DNA from: Malacoraja senta
Lineage: Eukaryota
Reading direction: 5' to 3'
Assembly: GCA_038087875.1 (NCBI GenBank)
Contig: CM075978.1
Span: forward strand, 174,778,001-174,842,000
DNA length: 64,000 bases
Shown: positions 21,961-36,200 of the stretch, piece after piece
Position numbering within the stretch: the stretch's first letter is position 1
Layout: each line of letters begins with the position of its first letter
Notes under the pieces: generated by a model
Told to the model about the DNA's origin: nothing
Database searches by the model: none
The model's input: only the letters and a program-made list of their open reading frames with translations
Program-made: the position numbers and the translations under genes

Positions 21961-23819
21961 AAGCAATACACCAAACAAATATAACGTAGAGCTCTAAAAA
22001 CCTGCGTTTTGCATCTAGTTGGGCTAAATTGACTCCCCGCCTCCCCAATCAAACCACTCATTTTACAAACCCCAACCCTCGCAGTCCCATTCCGCCATCT
22101 CAACGTCATCATTCCGGATCCCTACCATCCCTGACCACGACCCACCGCTCCCCCCCCTCCCCTCACCGCACCGCCGATTTCATACCTTATCGCTTCCACC
22201 CCAGTAATCGGCGAGTCCTTATGCTAACACAAGCTATGATGAGGACATTTAAGCACTAATCCAGAGTTTTGAAATTCCCCTGCTCTCCATACTGAATTCA
22301 GGTTGATTTTTCGCACAGGATGACGAGAAAATTCCTAATTTTGCTCAGTTAGTCTGCAAAAACATCGGTACACTGTTGTGCAATGATAGCGGAAGTTTGC
22401 GTCATTTCAGCAGAAAAATCTGCGAAATCATTTCAGATGAGAAGGGGGAGATCCATTGGTCTATAGTTTAGCAAATAAAAAGATAACACATTCTTGAAGT
22501 TCTTAACAGAGGGAGGTATTCGCTATTCAACAGAGATTGCTGGGGTAACTGCTTCGAGTTGAACAGGAAACAACCATAAATTGCTTCACCGCTGCTCCTG
22601 AGGCATTTGTTCTTCTGTTGTCGGCGTTTCTGCTTTCGCCACCACTGAAAAGCTCTCAGTGTCACATCGGTTTGGTCAAACGGTTTTGTATAAACCCATA
22701 ACCGACGTGGATGGCGGTGGGCGGGCACGGTGAAACAGATAGCATGAAATTTGTTGCCCAGATGGTGGGGTTTGGACCGACTATTACAGGGTTTCCAAGC
22801 AGAAATAGCGTTCACCGCCGTAACACATATACCGATGAAACTGCTCGCTGGAAATGCCGAAATACGTGCCAAAAATTGCTAAGCATGGAGGAAATCAAGC
22901 AAGACCCAATACTTCATAATTTGGTTGTCCCGGCAGTGATACAGTCACGGTTAGTGTAGTTTAGTGTCGGGGAGTGGATGCAAGCGGAGGGGAGAGTGCA
23001 TGTATACAGGTTAAACTATGTAAACGTCGATGAAGAATTCACAGGGGTTGTACGGACACCTGCTTCTACAATTTGCGCAAAGCTGTTTGATTGCTAATAA
23101 AGGAGTTGAGCGATTAATTACTACCAAGTTATCAGTTCACATAAGCAATTCAATTGCTCCAAATCCGGGAGGATTTAGAAAACAGCGGAATAAACTGCAT
23201 GGTTATTTGGAATATGATATTGGCAAGATAATCGTTTGCGAAATATACGACAACGAATACCGGTTCCTAATACCATATTCTATATTTGAGTATGGTGAAT
23301 TCTCTGTGAAGAATAGCTAATTGTATGAGTTGTGATTATATAAAAATAGCTTGGCAAAGTTTGCTGGGATGCAGGGAAATCAGTATCTCACTGTTAGTTC
23401 TTTTTTTTAATCTTCCTAGATACTCCAATGTACTTGCATACGACATTTGGTCATTGTAGTCTGAACTGCTTTACTACATAGGGACGCGAAACCTGAAGGT
23501 AACTGGAGACTCCACAGATATCCAAATGGAATGTATTCAGAAAGCAAAGAGGCCCAGTCCTGCTTTACGTACACGGTGCTTCAAGCTACTGTATATGCAA
23601 GGCGGGTGCCACAGTTGAAAGTAATGACCTGGATTAGTAATTGCCTAAAGTAGTTGAAAGTACGGACCTGAATTAGAGGGTTTATACTATAGTATTGTCA
23701 CATCCTTGTGTGCTAGTTGTCAATCAATGCCCGAATCCCAATAATCCATGGAAATCCGTATATTACAAGGACTAAGGAACTCTGGACAGATACGTTTTCT
23801 TATATCATGGCATAACCGT

Positions 23820-24490
23820 TCCCTTCATGAAAGCAAGACAAAGAAGTTATGATCGACTTCGGCAAGCGACGCGGTGCACATACCCTGGTATACATTGTTG
23901 CTGCTGAAGTAAAGATGGCTGAAAACTCCAGGTTTTTAGGAATACATATCACCAACAACTTGTCCTGGACCAGCCACGTCGATACAATGGCAAAGAAAGC
24001 ACACCAATACCTCTACTCTCTTAGAAGGCTTGGGCAGTTACGCATGTCCCCAACAGCCCTGCCTCAAAAGATGCGCCATTGAAAACATTTTATCGGGACG
24101 CATCAAGGCATGGTTTGGGAACAGCTACACCCAAGACCGCTAGAAATTACAGAGAGTTGCGGAGGTACCCCAGACTACCGCGTAGACTAACCTCTCTTCC
24201 ATTGACTCCATCTGCACTTCGCACTCTACCTCGGCAACGCCACCAGCATAATCCACTTCGCCCCCTCTTCCATCAGGCAAAAGGTACAGGTATGAAAATC
24301 CATTTCTGCAGATTCAGGGACAATTTATTCCTAGCTGTTATCAGACAACTGAACTATTCTCTCGTGAACTAGAGAGCCGTCCTGATTCCCATCCACCTCA
24401 TTGGAGACCTTGTTTACTGGACTTTATCGTATCCTTAACGGTATAGCCTTATCCTCTATCCTAATATCACTGTGGACGACTTGATATTAT
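23820..24490 (+). mobile_element. Degenerate Rex1/Babar-like LINE 3' fragment
   Basis: FLGIHITNNLSWTSHVDTMAKKAHQYLYSLRRL. Confidence 0.7.
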
Positions 24491-25359
24491 AGTCTTTTCA
24501 CTGACTCACAGAAGTGAGGGGTATTGGGATCTGGCACAGAAGAGAAGTTGAGTTGCGCCACGGTGAGTTTCAACGATGGGGCATGTGTGAAGGCCTTCTG
24601 TATGCATATGTTCCTGTGACAAAGTGCACAATATCTTGTGTAGGATATTCCTTTTCTCCAGAGATGCTGCCTGAACCGATGAGTTAACCCCCCGCATTTT
24701 GTGTCAATCAGCAATATATTGTTGTTAATCCCGCACCTGACTGCTCATATTAACAAAGAGACGACTGGGCACACGTAAGCACACACAGGTATATTTGGGA
24801 AAATACCAAAATGGATTCGCGTTTGATTCATCGAATCAGAATGGAGAACAGTGAACAAATGAATTAGAGTGAAGTGGAGGGATGAGATACACCTGTATTT
24901 GGAATGGTATCCGTTCAGTGGATATAGTAAGCTTTGTGCATGGGAGACGAATTTGCCAGAGTATTTTGAAGATGCAACAAAGAAGATTGCTGGTGCCAGG
25001 GCCATAGACGTCGTCTAACTGGACTTTAGCAAGGCCTTTGAGAAGTACAAAGGACAGTATAGCAAAGGAACGGGCCTTTTGGCCAAGTATATCTGCTCCG
25101 AATATGATGCGAAGTTAAACTAAACGGTTAATACAAGAACTTATTTCTGATATCATCTCAAGATTAGACTAATTCCGTATCATATGATTATTGTCGTCTT
25201 GTGTAAAACTTCGTTTACCTGGGCTTACATGGGACTATCATCAAAGCGATAACGTCTGCTTATCTGCCTATAGCCATGAAGCATTCGATAGATTTTCAAG
25301 TAGATCAGAAAGGAGAAATTTTAACCTAACCCGATTTTCATAATGAAGTACAATTTCTA

Positions 25360-25651
25360 AATGTTTAGAGACACAGCATGGGAACAGGCTTATGGTTCAC
25401 TGAGTCCACGCTGTGCATTGATCATCCGTTCATACTCTTTCTATGTTTATCCCACTTTCTCATCCAATGTCACCACACTAGGAACAATTTACAGCGGCCA
25501 ATTAACCTACAATCCTGCGTACCCGGAGAAAACACATGCAGTCACCGGGAGAACGTGCACGCTCCACATAGACACCACCTGAAGTCAGGATCAAACCCAG
25601 GTATTTGGCGCTGCGAGTCAACGGCTCTACATACTGTGCCACTGTGCCGCC
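25360..25651 (-). mobile_element. tRNA-derived V-SINE-like element
   Basis: Antisense ggcggcacagtggcacagt...gggtttgatcctgac head and ttctcccggtgactgcatg core; similar to 63765-64000. Confidence 0.6.
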
Positions 25652-27809
25652 CCACATTCCACCAGTGTCAGACTGAACCCATGCAAGTGTGTGGCGGATG
25701 TGTGTGTGTCTGTATGTGCGTTTCTGTGCGTGTGTGCGTTTGCGCAGGCCGGGGCAATTGATTGAGAAAGATTTATATATATTGTGAAATAATAAGGCCC
25801 CGGCACTGATACCAACGGCACGCTAGTAGTAATTGCCTGCCACCATGAGTAAACCATTCATCGTGTTTATGGTGGTAAGGGGTTAGCAAAAGTGTTTCGC
25901 TGGTTCTGTCTGCCACAATGCGTTGAACCAGATTCATCAACAAAAAAACTCGTTACGACATTTAAAAGACCGTTGGACAGATACATGGATAAGAATCACG
26001 TGGAGGAATGGGGTCTAGGAGCAGCCACATGGGACTAGGTCGGTTGGCATAGACGAGTTGGGCTAATGTCCGGTTTCAGTGCCGTGTAGCTCTGTGCCTC
26101 TATGTATTCAGTAGATTTGGGTGAAACATGACTCCACGTAAAGATATCCACGCCGAATATATCCTACTCTCTTAATATGATTTGGATGTTCGATCGTCTA
26201 TCGTAACGAGTATCTGTACGTAAATATCGCAAGGATGTCAGGCGCATTTTGGCCACAAGGATATAATGAAAACAGGAGGGTGAAACAGTAAGTTGTGACA
26301 TTATCATAATGTGGAAACATAACAGAGGATGTTAGTAACAATACCAGACAATGGATACAATATATTCCTGCACTAACTTTTTCTTACCATGTTTTCTTTA
26401 CAATCAAATGAAGGACGATAACCATTCATCCACACGTGTTAGATTCATCAATAACATCTATTAAATTATTAAATTACAATGCAAGGATTTATTATTGGAT
26501 ATCATATTCCACGTTGAATGTCCAGTACATTGTTAGACATTTATTGTTTTGGAAAGCATGTCGTGGAAGTGCTACAGTTCTACCTTTTAAAAATATTCGA
26601 CAGTGATGTTTAGCGAATTTTGGACGATGGGAAAATTGACCTGCAAGGACCAGCGGGATCGTTTCTCGGCACGCTGCAAATCACATCAATAGTGGATTGT
26701 AGACGAAGGCAGACCTTGTTAGTCCATCATTAGGGGGGGGGGGGGGGGCTGGCGGGGCTTTATGCTGATCATTTACAATTTTATGTGGCGGGCCTTCGAG
26801 ATATCTGCCCATCCCATTGCCTGCTCACCTACTTCCGTTATGTTCTTGCATAGGTGCCCCAGAATAGGGCGCAGGGAATGTTGATTCGAGGCCTTCGACG
26901 ATCAGTGAACTCCACAGAGATTGTAATGTTCCATCGAGACAACAAAAACAATATTTTATTCTGTTTTTACTAATTCAATTGTTTAATAATGTTATGCTTA
27001 AACAGAAATATAAATTCAAATAATTTTCCAAAATAATGTCCCATCAAAAAGTCCTCCGAATCTACTTGTTGGTTAATATTTAGTGCCAAAGAAAATACCC
27101 GCCATATTATCATGGGACACAATTGCACAAGGATTTGTTGTTATTAGAATTTGTGCGTACACTTATTTTAATTAAGCAATTCTCAAACAAAGAAATAATA
27201 ATTTTGACCCGTGTTTAATGATATGTAGTGTGGAAAACCACTTTAAAATGCACCCGCAAGAATCGGGTCAGGCAGTCAACGCTATACTTGTTCAAAGAGC
27301 GCCTTATTCAACGGCCGTTGCGAACAGACAAACTAGACCGTTCCCAGAACAAAGATCACATGATGTTCTACAGTTTTTTACTGCGTTGTCCGTTTAGACT
27401 TTAATTAACCCAACATTCCTCCGTTATCAGAATGTTTTGATAAAGGCTGTGAATTATGCACTTCAGTTTGGCACATCGTCTTGCTCTGGCTTTCTTCTAA
27501 TCACCCCCCAAGGCAGCTATGTAAAATGTCCCATTACCGTTCGGCCCTCTATTCCCTTTCCCCTTTCTGGTTCTGTTCTTTCAAAATCCCTCCCTTATAA
27601 TTTAAGTACAAGCTTTATTTGTTACTTTTGTTACTTTGTTACTTCTCTTCGATGTTTACGAGGCACGTGCACATCATTTTCAATGATTTCGCAGCTATCC
27701 AATAAACTTGTGATCACAAGGCACTGTTTGGAGGGTATATGTGTCCGGAAACCCTATTGGTGATCGAGGATCTGAGCTTTGGGGAAAAAGGAGATACTTT
27801 GTTCCATCA

Positions 27810-28650
27810 TCATCAGCAACATTTATGAAGCGCAAAAGCCATGAACAGTACTAGAATTATGGGAACGAAGACATATTACCTATGCACCAAGGAGGCCCCT
27901 ATCAATCCCAGCCCACCCTTTGCACATCCCCACCTTGACCATGTGCTCCTCTTACTGTATCTGGGCAGCGTCTTTGCCGATATGGCCAGCCAGGTTGCTG
28001 ATGTTATCTTTTGCATCATGGTTAAATTAAAAACTTTCAGATCCTATGATGGCACTTGTTCCTCCTTTTTCTGCTAGGAAGAAATACAAAGCTATTCAGT
28101 TCTGCAGGCCAATCATCAGGATGGCCATCATCTCCGCATTTATTTCTTGAAGGCTATGGCAATGTCATTGATAATCTTTTCTAATGCAGAGGCGAGGTTG
28201 ATGGTCTCTCCCGCCACCTTCGATGGTCTTTCTCACCCCGAACCAAGAGATTGCAGTAACAAGGAACATTTCAGATTCAGTGACGGTTCGTATGGTCAGT
28301 GTTCCACTGAGAGTGCGTTCGGGGTAACGTGGTGGTGTCGCAGACAAAAAGGCATCACGTAGGCTAGATAGGCAAGCTTGCCACAATCCTGGGGAAACCC
28401 CTAGGGCCGCAGACACAGTATACACCATTGTAGGTGGTAAAGAATTCTACCGAGTGGGGAATCCGGTGTCTTAAAAGAAGTCTCCAGTTGAATAGTTACA
28501 GGCCATAACATGACTGTATTCCCTTCGTGTAGCATCAAGCATATTGAAATATTGATGGGCCAAAATGCTCCCCACTTCTACGCGTCCCCTCTCTTGCCTG
28601 ACAAGGCAAATTGCTTCTTCAGGCCTTCCTTCACCCGATATATTAGTGAG
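27810..28650 (-). pseudogene. Endogenous retrovirus env remnant (TM subunit and end of SU)
   Basis: INAEMMAILMIGLQN*IALYFFLAEKGGTSAIIGSE (28036-28107 is the ISD/CKS-17-like part), preceded by ETINLASALEKIINDIAIAFK and SEMFLVTAISWFG; downstream hydrophobic YVFVPIILVLFMAFAL. Confidence 0.8.
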
Positions 28651-28804
28651 AGTCAAGAAAGTGGAAGTTGTACGGGGAACTGCAGAAGCTGGTTAAAACC
28701 GAAGACAGACACGAATATTTGGAGTAACTCAGCGGATCAGCCAGCATCTCTGGTGAAAAGTAATAGGTGATGTTTCGGTCGAGACCATTCTTCAGAAAGA
28801 GGAA

Positions 28805-29571
28805 TGTCCGGTACGATAGTAGATGGCGTCAAATTGGGAAAAGGGGAAGTACAACGGGATCTGGGGGTCCTTGTACACCAGTCTATGAAAGTAAGCATGC
28901 AGGTACAGCAGGTAGTGAATAAAGCGAATGGCCTTTATAACAAGAGGAATCAAATATAGGAGCAAAGAGGTCCTTCTGCAGTTGTACAGAGCCCCAGTGA
29001 GACCGCACCTGGAGTATTGTGTGCACCTTTGGTCCCCTAATTTGCGGAAGGACATTCTTGCTTTTAAGGGAGTGCAGCATAGGTTTACAAGGTTAATTCC
29101 CGGGATGGCGGGACTGTCGTATGCTGAGAGAATGGAGCAGCTGGGCTTGTACTCTCTGGAGTTTAGAAGGATGAGAGGGTATCTCATTGAAACATATGAT
29201 TGTTAAGGGTTTGGACAAGCAAGAGGCAGGAAACATGTTCCCTATGTTGGGGGAGTCCAGAACCAGGGGCCACAGTTTAAGAATAAGGAGTAAGCCATTT
29301 AGAACGGAGACGAGGAAACACTTTTTCTCACAGAGAGTGGTGAGTCTGTGGAATTCTCTGCCTCAGAGGGCGGTGGAGGCAGGATCTCTGGATGCTGTCA
29401 AGAGAGAGCTAGATAGCGCTTTTAAAAATAGAGGAGTCAGGGGATATGGGGAGAAGGCAGGAACAGGGTACTGATTGGGGATGATCAGCCATGATCACAT
29501 TGAATGGCGGTGCTGGCTCGAAGGTTCGAATGGCCTACTCCTGCACCTATTGCCTATTGTCTATTGTCTAT
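28805..29571 (+). mobile_element. 5'-truncated CR1 inserted in the ERV env remnant
   Basis: RT C-terminal motifs, EKAGTGY end, (ctattg)n tail. Confidence 0.9.
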
Positions 29572-29574
29572 TTG

Positions 29575-30188
29575 GGTTGGTACCCCCATGAGTATTGATT
29601 TAGGGCGTAAGCTGCTGATTTCCATTTCTGGAACCCCGGCAATGAGGACCATCGTTCCTTTTGAGATTCATACAAGCAGACCAGATGGTGGTATTATTCC
29701 GGGAAGTGTGCCANNNNNNNNNNNNNNNNNNNNNNNNNNNNNNNNNNNNNNNNNNNNNNNNNNNNNNNNNNNNNNNNNNNNNNNNNNNNNNNNNNNNNNN
29801 NNNNNNNNNNNNNNNNNNNNNNNNNNNNNNNNNNNNNNNNNNNNNNNNNNNNNNNNNNNNNNNNNNNNNNNNNNNNNNNNNNNNNNNNNNNNNNNNNNNN
29901 NNNACCTAAAGTTGTTGGACAGCTTGTTCTATTTGATCTTCCGTTTGTGCACGTCTAATTGATTGCATTAGTCGAAACAGGGGTTGGTTGCAATTTTCCA
30001 CCCCTCAGACACCTTGATAGCGATAGACTTCGGGAGGTTACATCCTTTAGAGTGGATGAGCACATGTGTACGCACCCAACAAATGGAAAGATTATTCCTT
30101 CCCACATAATATTAGGATATATTTATATATATAATGTATGAATGTAGCTCCATTTTACGTGTTGTATCGTTGAATCCTCTCCTTTCCT
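29575..30188 (-). pseudogene. Endogenous retrovirus env remnant (SU N-terminal region)
   Basis: YVGRNNLSICWVRTHVLIHSKG; CWVR (30070-30081) is one substitution from the SU CWVC motif; collinear with the TM remnant. Confidence 0.55.
29714..29903. other. Assembly gap (190 N)
   Basis: Run of n. Confidence 1.
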
Positions 30189-31410
30189 GCCTCCTACATT
30201 TTATTTTATTTTAATTTTTTATTTTTTATTTATTAGAAGTAAATTACATTACAACCACATACATTAGTACTCGTCACATATATCTTCTTACAATTAATGT
30301 GCTCCGTTTGTTTTTTACACTAATAAAGGGAAAGGATGAGATTGAGAGAAAGAAGAAAGTGAAGGAAAAGGTGAAAGTGTAAAAAACGTGACAACAAGAA
30401 AGAGCGAAGACCCTATAAGAACGAAATTAAAAACAAAAGAAAAAGAGTTAAGAAATAGACCCTAGAAAAGAAGAAGAAAGAGAAAGAGGGAAAAGAGAAA
30501 AACAAATAGTTTTTGTAAGCATCACGCAAATGGGACATACCAACTCTCCAACTTTCATCCCCCCTTACCTGACCTCAGTTTTTTTAAAAGGTACTTTTGC
30601 ACCCTATATTTGTAATAATTCTATAAATGCAGACCACGTCAGGTGGAAGTGATCTGGTTTACCTGCCAGGAGGAGTCTTATCTCTTCTAGGTGTAATGTT
30701 TCGAACATATTTGAAATCCACATGTTTATAGTTGGTATTTGGAGCCTTTTTCCAAAATTTTAGGATTAGCTTTTTTCCAGTTATTAACCCATAGTCTATT
30801 AGTTTCTTTTGGAACACATTTAGTTCTGGACCATCTTCTGTTATTCCGAAGATAATCCATTCTGCTTTGGGTTTTATTTTAAATAATTTTGTAAAGATTT
30901 CAAAAAAGTCAATCCAAAATTTTTGAATTTTTGTACAGAAAACAAACGAGTGCGCTATAGTAGCTTCTTGAGATTGACATTTATCACAAATGGATGATAC
31001 ATTTGGGAAAATTTTATGGATTTTAGTTTTGGAATATTATAATCTATGTAAAATTTTAAATTGTATTAAAGTGTGTCTTACATTAATCGAACATTTATGC
31101 ACGTTTAATAAGTGTTCATTCCACCTTTCCTTTGAAATTTTAATAGCTAATTCTTGTTCCCAGTCTCTTCGGATACCCTCCGTAGATGTTATTTCTACAT
31201 TTAAGATAATATTATACGACTTCCGGTGGCGTCATGTTAGACTAACAGACGTGCACCCAGCTCGTCTCCCGAAAAACTTCACGATTTATCGTGTAAAACG
31301 GGTCCGAAAATCGGGATTGTTTTTAAAAACCTTACCGGAGCTTCTGGTTACCGCGCTGATGACGTCATCGTTAAACGCGATGTTTTAAACGGTGGTTTGA
31401 AGCCCTTTAA

Positions 31411-32481
31411 ATGAGTAAATTGCCTCCAGCTGTGAGCCCTCAGAGAGCTGTGAATAAGCTGTCGAAAAAGTTCGAAGCAGAAGTTACCTCTGAAGTCTCT
31501 GAAGTGGCTGCAGAAATGGATACAAGATCTAAGAAAGACTTTGATGACTTGAAGAAATCAATGAAAAATTTGAAAGATGAGATCTCGGATAATAGGGTGG
31601 AAGATAAGAAGGAAATGAAGGAAAATTCGGCAAAAATGATGGAAGGAATGGAGAAGATGATGAAGGATTTAAACGCTGGTAACCAGAAGAATATGACGGA
31701 TTTACTGGACATTATGAATAAACGAATTGATGAGGTGAAAGATGGACTATCAGAGAAAATGGATAAGATGGATGTAATTACTACGGATAAGTTCACGGCT
31801 GTACTTGAAACAGTAGCTGCAGGTATGCACACAATTACGGAATTGGAGAAAAATACGGCTCGACTGGTTGAAGACATGGCGAAATTGAGGCAAGAACATG
31901 AGCAAATGAGGCGAGAAAACGAACAAGCATCACTACAAATGGGGACTCAATTAGAGAAAGTCTCATTCAAATGCCTGGACCTGGAAGCTCGCTCTAGACG
32001 CCAGAATTTGAGAATTCTTGGTGTTTCAGAGGGGGCAGAAGGGGAACAGGTACGTGAATTTGCCATGGGCTTGTTGAAACAACTGTTGAATCTTTCCAAG
32101 GAACCGAAAATCGAAGTGGCTCATCGTGTCCCAAGATTTGGAAAAAGATCTGATGCGGGAAAAGCTTATCCACGACATATTATAGTGAAATTTCGAGATA
32201 CTGCAGAACTGGAATACGTTATGAGTAAAATCAAATATGGTGTACAATTACGGCTGGACAAGGACACTATTAAGATATTCAGGGACTACCCACATGAAAT
32301 TGTGCAAAAAAGAAACAAATTTGATAAGGTTAAAGATCTTTTAAGAGGGAGAGAAGGGGTCAGATTTGGGTTTTTTTATCCCGCGAAAATGCGTATTTCC
32401 TTTAATGGTCTTGAAAAGTCATTTGTTAAGCCTGAAGACGCTTTCAAATATGCCCAAACGATTGTTGAAAAACAGAAATAA
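31411..32481 (+). CDS. L1 ORF1p (coiled coil, RRM and CTD), intact, 356 aa
   Basis: L1 ORF1 motifs LEARSRRQNLRILGVSEG, IEVAHRV, PRHIIVKF, IFRDYP, FFYPAKMRI. Confidence 0.93.
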   Translation: MSKLPPAVSPQRAVNKLSKKFEAEVTSEVSEVAAEMDTRSKKDFDDLKKSMKNLKDEISDNRVEDKKEMKENSAKMMEGMEKMMKDLNAGNQKNMTDLLDIMNKRIDEVKDGLSEKMDKMDVITTDKFTAVLETVAAGMHTITELEKNTARLVEDMAKLRQEHEQMRRENEQASLQMGTQLEKVSFKCLDLEARSRRQNLRILGVSEGAEGEQVREFAMGLLKQLLNLSKEPKIEVAHRVPRFGKRSDAGKAYPRHIIVKFRDTAELEYVMSKIKYGVQLRLDKDTIKIFRDYPHEIVQKRNKFDKVKDLLRGREGVRFGFFYPAKMRISFNGLEKSFVKPEDAFKYAQTIVEKQK

Positions 32482-33287
32482 AAGGGAGCTTTGGCAGATC
32501 CGAATAATTCTCAGCTATGTTTTGTCTGGGGATAGTTACACTGTTATCTCTGGAATGTTGAAGCAAGGACATTTTCTGTTCAAAACGTGTAAACAACTTT
32601 ACAGCTGGAATATGAATTAGAAAATAATTGCTTATTGATTAAAATGTTATAACCAATTGTAAGAACTTATCCTATTAACAACTTTAAAAGTTATGCAGGT
32701 TAGATTAGAATACTAACAAACAAAACAAAAAAATAATGAACTAACATACTAATATGAATTTTTAATAAATTGTAACCTTGTCTATAAGCGGGAGGAGGGG
32801 ATGAGAAACGAGCTCCTGGCTTATGTCCAGGAGCACATCTCGTTAACCCCTTCAACCAACAGTTGATTCTTATTGAAATCAAAAATATTGGTTTAATAAT
32901 TAAACTCTGATATATATATATGTTATAAGGAAATATCAGGGTAAAATTGTATTATATATCTGAATGTGAGGCCTCGTTTTAATATTTTAATATGTTATGA
33001 TTAACTAAGAGAGCGGAGCTAGTTGAGCAACAACGCAATGGAAGTCAAAATAAGGTTTATTCCCACCTACAGGTGGGTCACTCGCTACAGTGCCGACTAT
33101 AGACACTGTAGCCTCACTTTTTTAGGTTTTTTTTTATCACATAAAATCACTTGTTTGTGTTTTGTGTTTAGTGATAAGAGTAATATGGACATACCAACAA
33201 AAGTTAATAATTCAAAAACTCCCCCAATACCTAAAGACCTGGGACATGGACGCACCACAAGATTCAAAGGTACTATAATTATTCAAA

Positions 33288-36200
33288 ATGCATGACACCA
33301 CACAAAAGAACCTAGGAGGAATCTCATTTTGTAGTTGGAATATAAGAGGTATTAACGAACCTATCAAAAGGGGTAAGATATTAGCTCAGCTAAAAATGTA
33401 TAATTCTGACATTATCTTCCTACAAGAAACACACCTAAAACCTCAGGACCAAGTTAGGCTGAGGGTGAAATGGATAGGTCAAACATACCACTCTTCATTC
33501 ACTTCAAAATCTAGAGGCACGTCAATTATCATAAGAAAAGGTATACCATTTAAAGCAAAGAATATTATAACAGATATAGAAGGGAGATACCTAATAGTTA
33601 ATGGAGAAATCCATGACACTCCACTTACTTTGGTAAATATATATGCCCCTAACTTTGATAACCGCCACTTTTTCAATAAAATCTTCAATATAATTGCAGA
33701 GTCAAACTATCAAAATGTTATAATAGGCGGAGACTTTAACTGTGTTTTAGATCCGTACTTAGATAAATCAAGTCAAAAACAGAGAGGGAATATGAAATCG
33801 AAAACTGGGGAACTCCTCAATACCTACATAAATAACACTAATATAGCAGATGTTTGGAGAATTGTGAATCCAACTGGCAGGGAATATTCGTTTTACTCAA
33901 TGGTACATAAGACATACTCACGTATAGACTACTTTCTGCTGGATACAAAATTAATCCCCCAAACATCTAATGCAATATACCATACAAATTCAATTTCAGA
34001 CCATTCTCCACTAACTTTCTTTTTAAAACTGGAAGGATTGTCTAAGAATAATTCATTCTGGAGATTTAACTCTCAAATTTTAAAAGATCCACAACCGAGT
34101 ATATATTTAAAAGAACAAATGGAGGTCTTTTTTCAAACAAATGATACTTCAGATATATCGCCTACTTTACTTTGGGAATCTTTTAAAGCATACATTAGGG
34201 GTATTATAATTTCATATCAAGCTTTTCAAAATAAAAAGAATAAGAATGAACAAAGACAGTTAGAAGAACTTATTAGACAAATGGATATAGATAATGCTAA
34301 AGATCCATCAATAGATAAACATAATAAAATAATAATTTTAAAATTTAAATTAAATAAATTATTATCTGCCAAACTTATAAGACTTTTTCAAATTACAAAA
34401 CAAGAGCACTTTGAATTTGGGGATAAACCGCATAAACTTTTGGCTCGCCAGCTAAAAAAACGAGAAAAGGAACATACTATACCAAAGATCAAATCAGATA
34501 AAGGGGAATTATTAACAACACCGAAGGATATTAATAAAAGATTTGCGCAATTTTACGAGAATTTGTATACATCTAAAACGATAATTGATTCCAATAATAT
34601 CACAAAGTTCTTGGATACCTGTAATCTTCCAAAGTTAGAGCTGAAGGAACAAGAGGAACTGGGTGCACAAATCTCAATTAAGGAATTAGAAGATACAATA
34701 AACTCACTAAAAAATGGAAAAACACCAGGCCCTGATGGATTTACTAATGAATTTTATAAAAGCTTTTATGATAAAATAATACCAAGATTACAAAAAATGT
34801 ACCAATACGCTTTTAAAAAACGAATACTACCTGATACATTAGCGGAATCAACGATTACATTAATACCTAAGAAAAATAAAGATTTAGAAGAACCTGGCTC
34901 ATATAGAGCTATAGCATTGTTAAACACATATCAAAAAATATTAGCGAAAACATTAGCTAGAAGATTAAGTAAATACATTAGTAAATTAATAAACCCAGAT
35001 CAGACAGGGTTTATCCCTAAGAGATACTCTTCTAATAATATGAGACGTCTACTCAACATAATGCACTCACACAAATCTGAAGATCAAGAATTATCAATTA
35101 TTTCGCTGGATGCTGAAAAAGCATTTGATCAAGTAGAATGGAATTATATGGATAAAGTATTACAAAAATTTCAACTGGGAGAGAATTTTATTTTATGGAT
35201 TAAGTTACTATATAACAAACCTACAGCTAGAATACTTACTAATAACATATTATCCTCGAAATTTCAACTATCAAGGGGAAATAGACAAGGATGCTCATTA
35301 TCACCACAGCTGTTTGCTCTCATTATTGAACCGCTAGCAGAAAAAATTAGAATACACCCTGATATTCATGGATATAATACTAAAGACTCATATAATAAAA
35401 TATCTTTATACGCGGATGATATATTATTGTATATTACAAAACCTCAAATCACTATACCAAACATATTAAATTTAATTGAAGACTTCGGATCTTTTTCTGG
35501 ATATAGAATAAATTGGAATAAAAGTGAAATTATGTCAATAAAACCGAAAGATTCAACACATCTTTTAAAATTCCCTTTTAAAATAGCTACAGAAAAATTT
35601 AAATATTTGGGAATCGAAATTACCAGAACATATCAAGGTATGTTCAGGGCAAATTTTGACCCCCTACTGAATACATTAATTAAATTCTGGAAAACGCTCC
35701 CGATGTCTTTAATAGGCCGAATAAACGCAATAAAAATGATCTTTTTACCACAAATTTTATACCTATTTCAATCAATTCCTATATACTTACCTAAGAAGTT
35801 TTTTAAAAAACTCGACTCAGATATCACTAATTTTATATGGGACTATAAATCACATAGAATACAAAAAACCCATCTGAATAAATCTAAAGTATTGGGGGGT
35901 CTAGCACTACCTAATTTTATGTATTATTATTGGTCAGTAAATATTAAAAACATGATTCAACTGATGGATAACTCCGCCCAGCAAGTAGACTGGATTGTAA
36001 TGGAGAAAGAGGATTGCTCCTCTAGAAACATTGGAGCGATCCTCCTCTCTCCAATGAAATTGAATAACATAAACTATAATAAGAACCCAATTATTCATAG
36101 TACAATCCGTATTTGGAAACAGATAAAACAAAATTTAAAATTAAGAAACTTATCACTTTTATTACCTATAGTCAATAACCCTTCGTTTAGTCCTTCTATT

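Noticed and set aside
22468-22872. 134-aa minus-strand ORF with AIYGCF and SEYLPL tyrosine motifs
   Set aside because: No convincing homology to the receptor tail exons and no matching upstream exons found.
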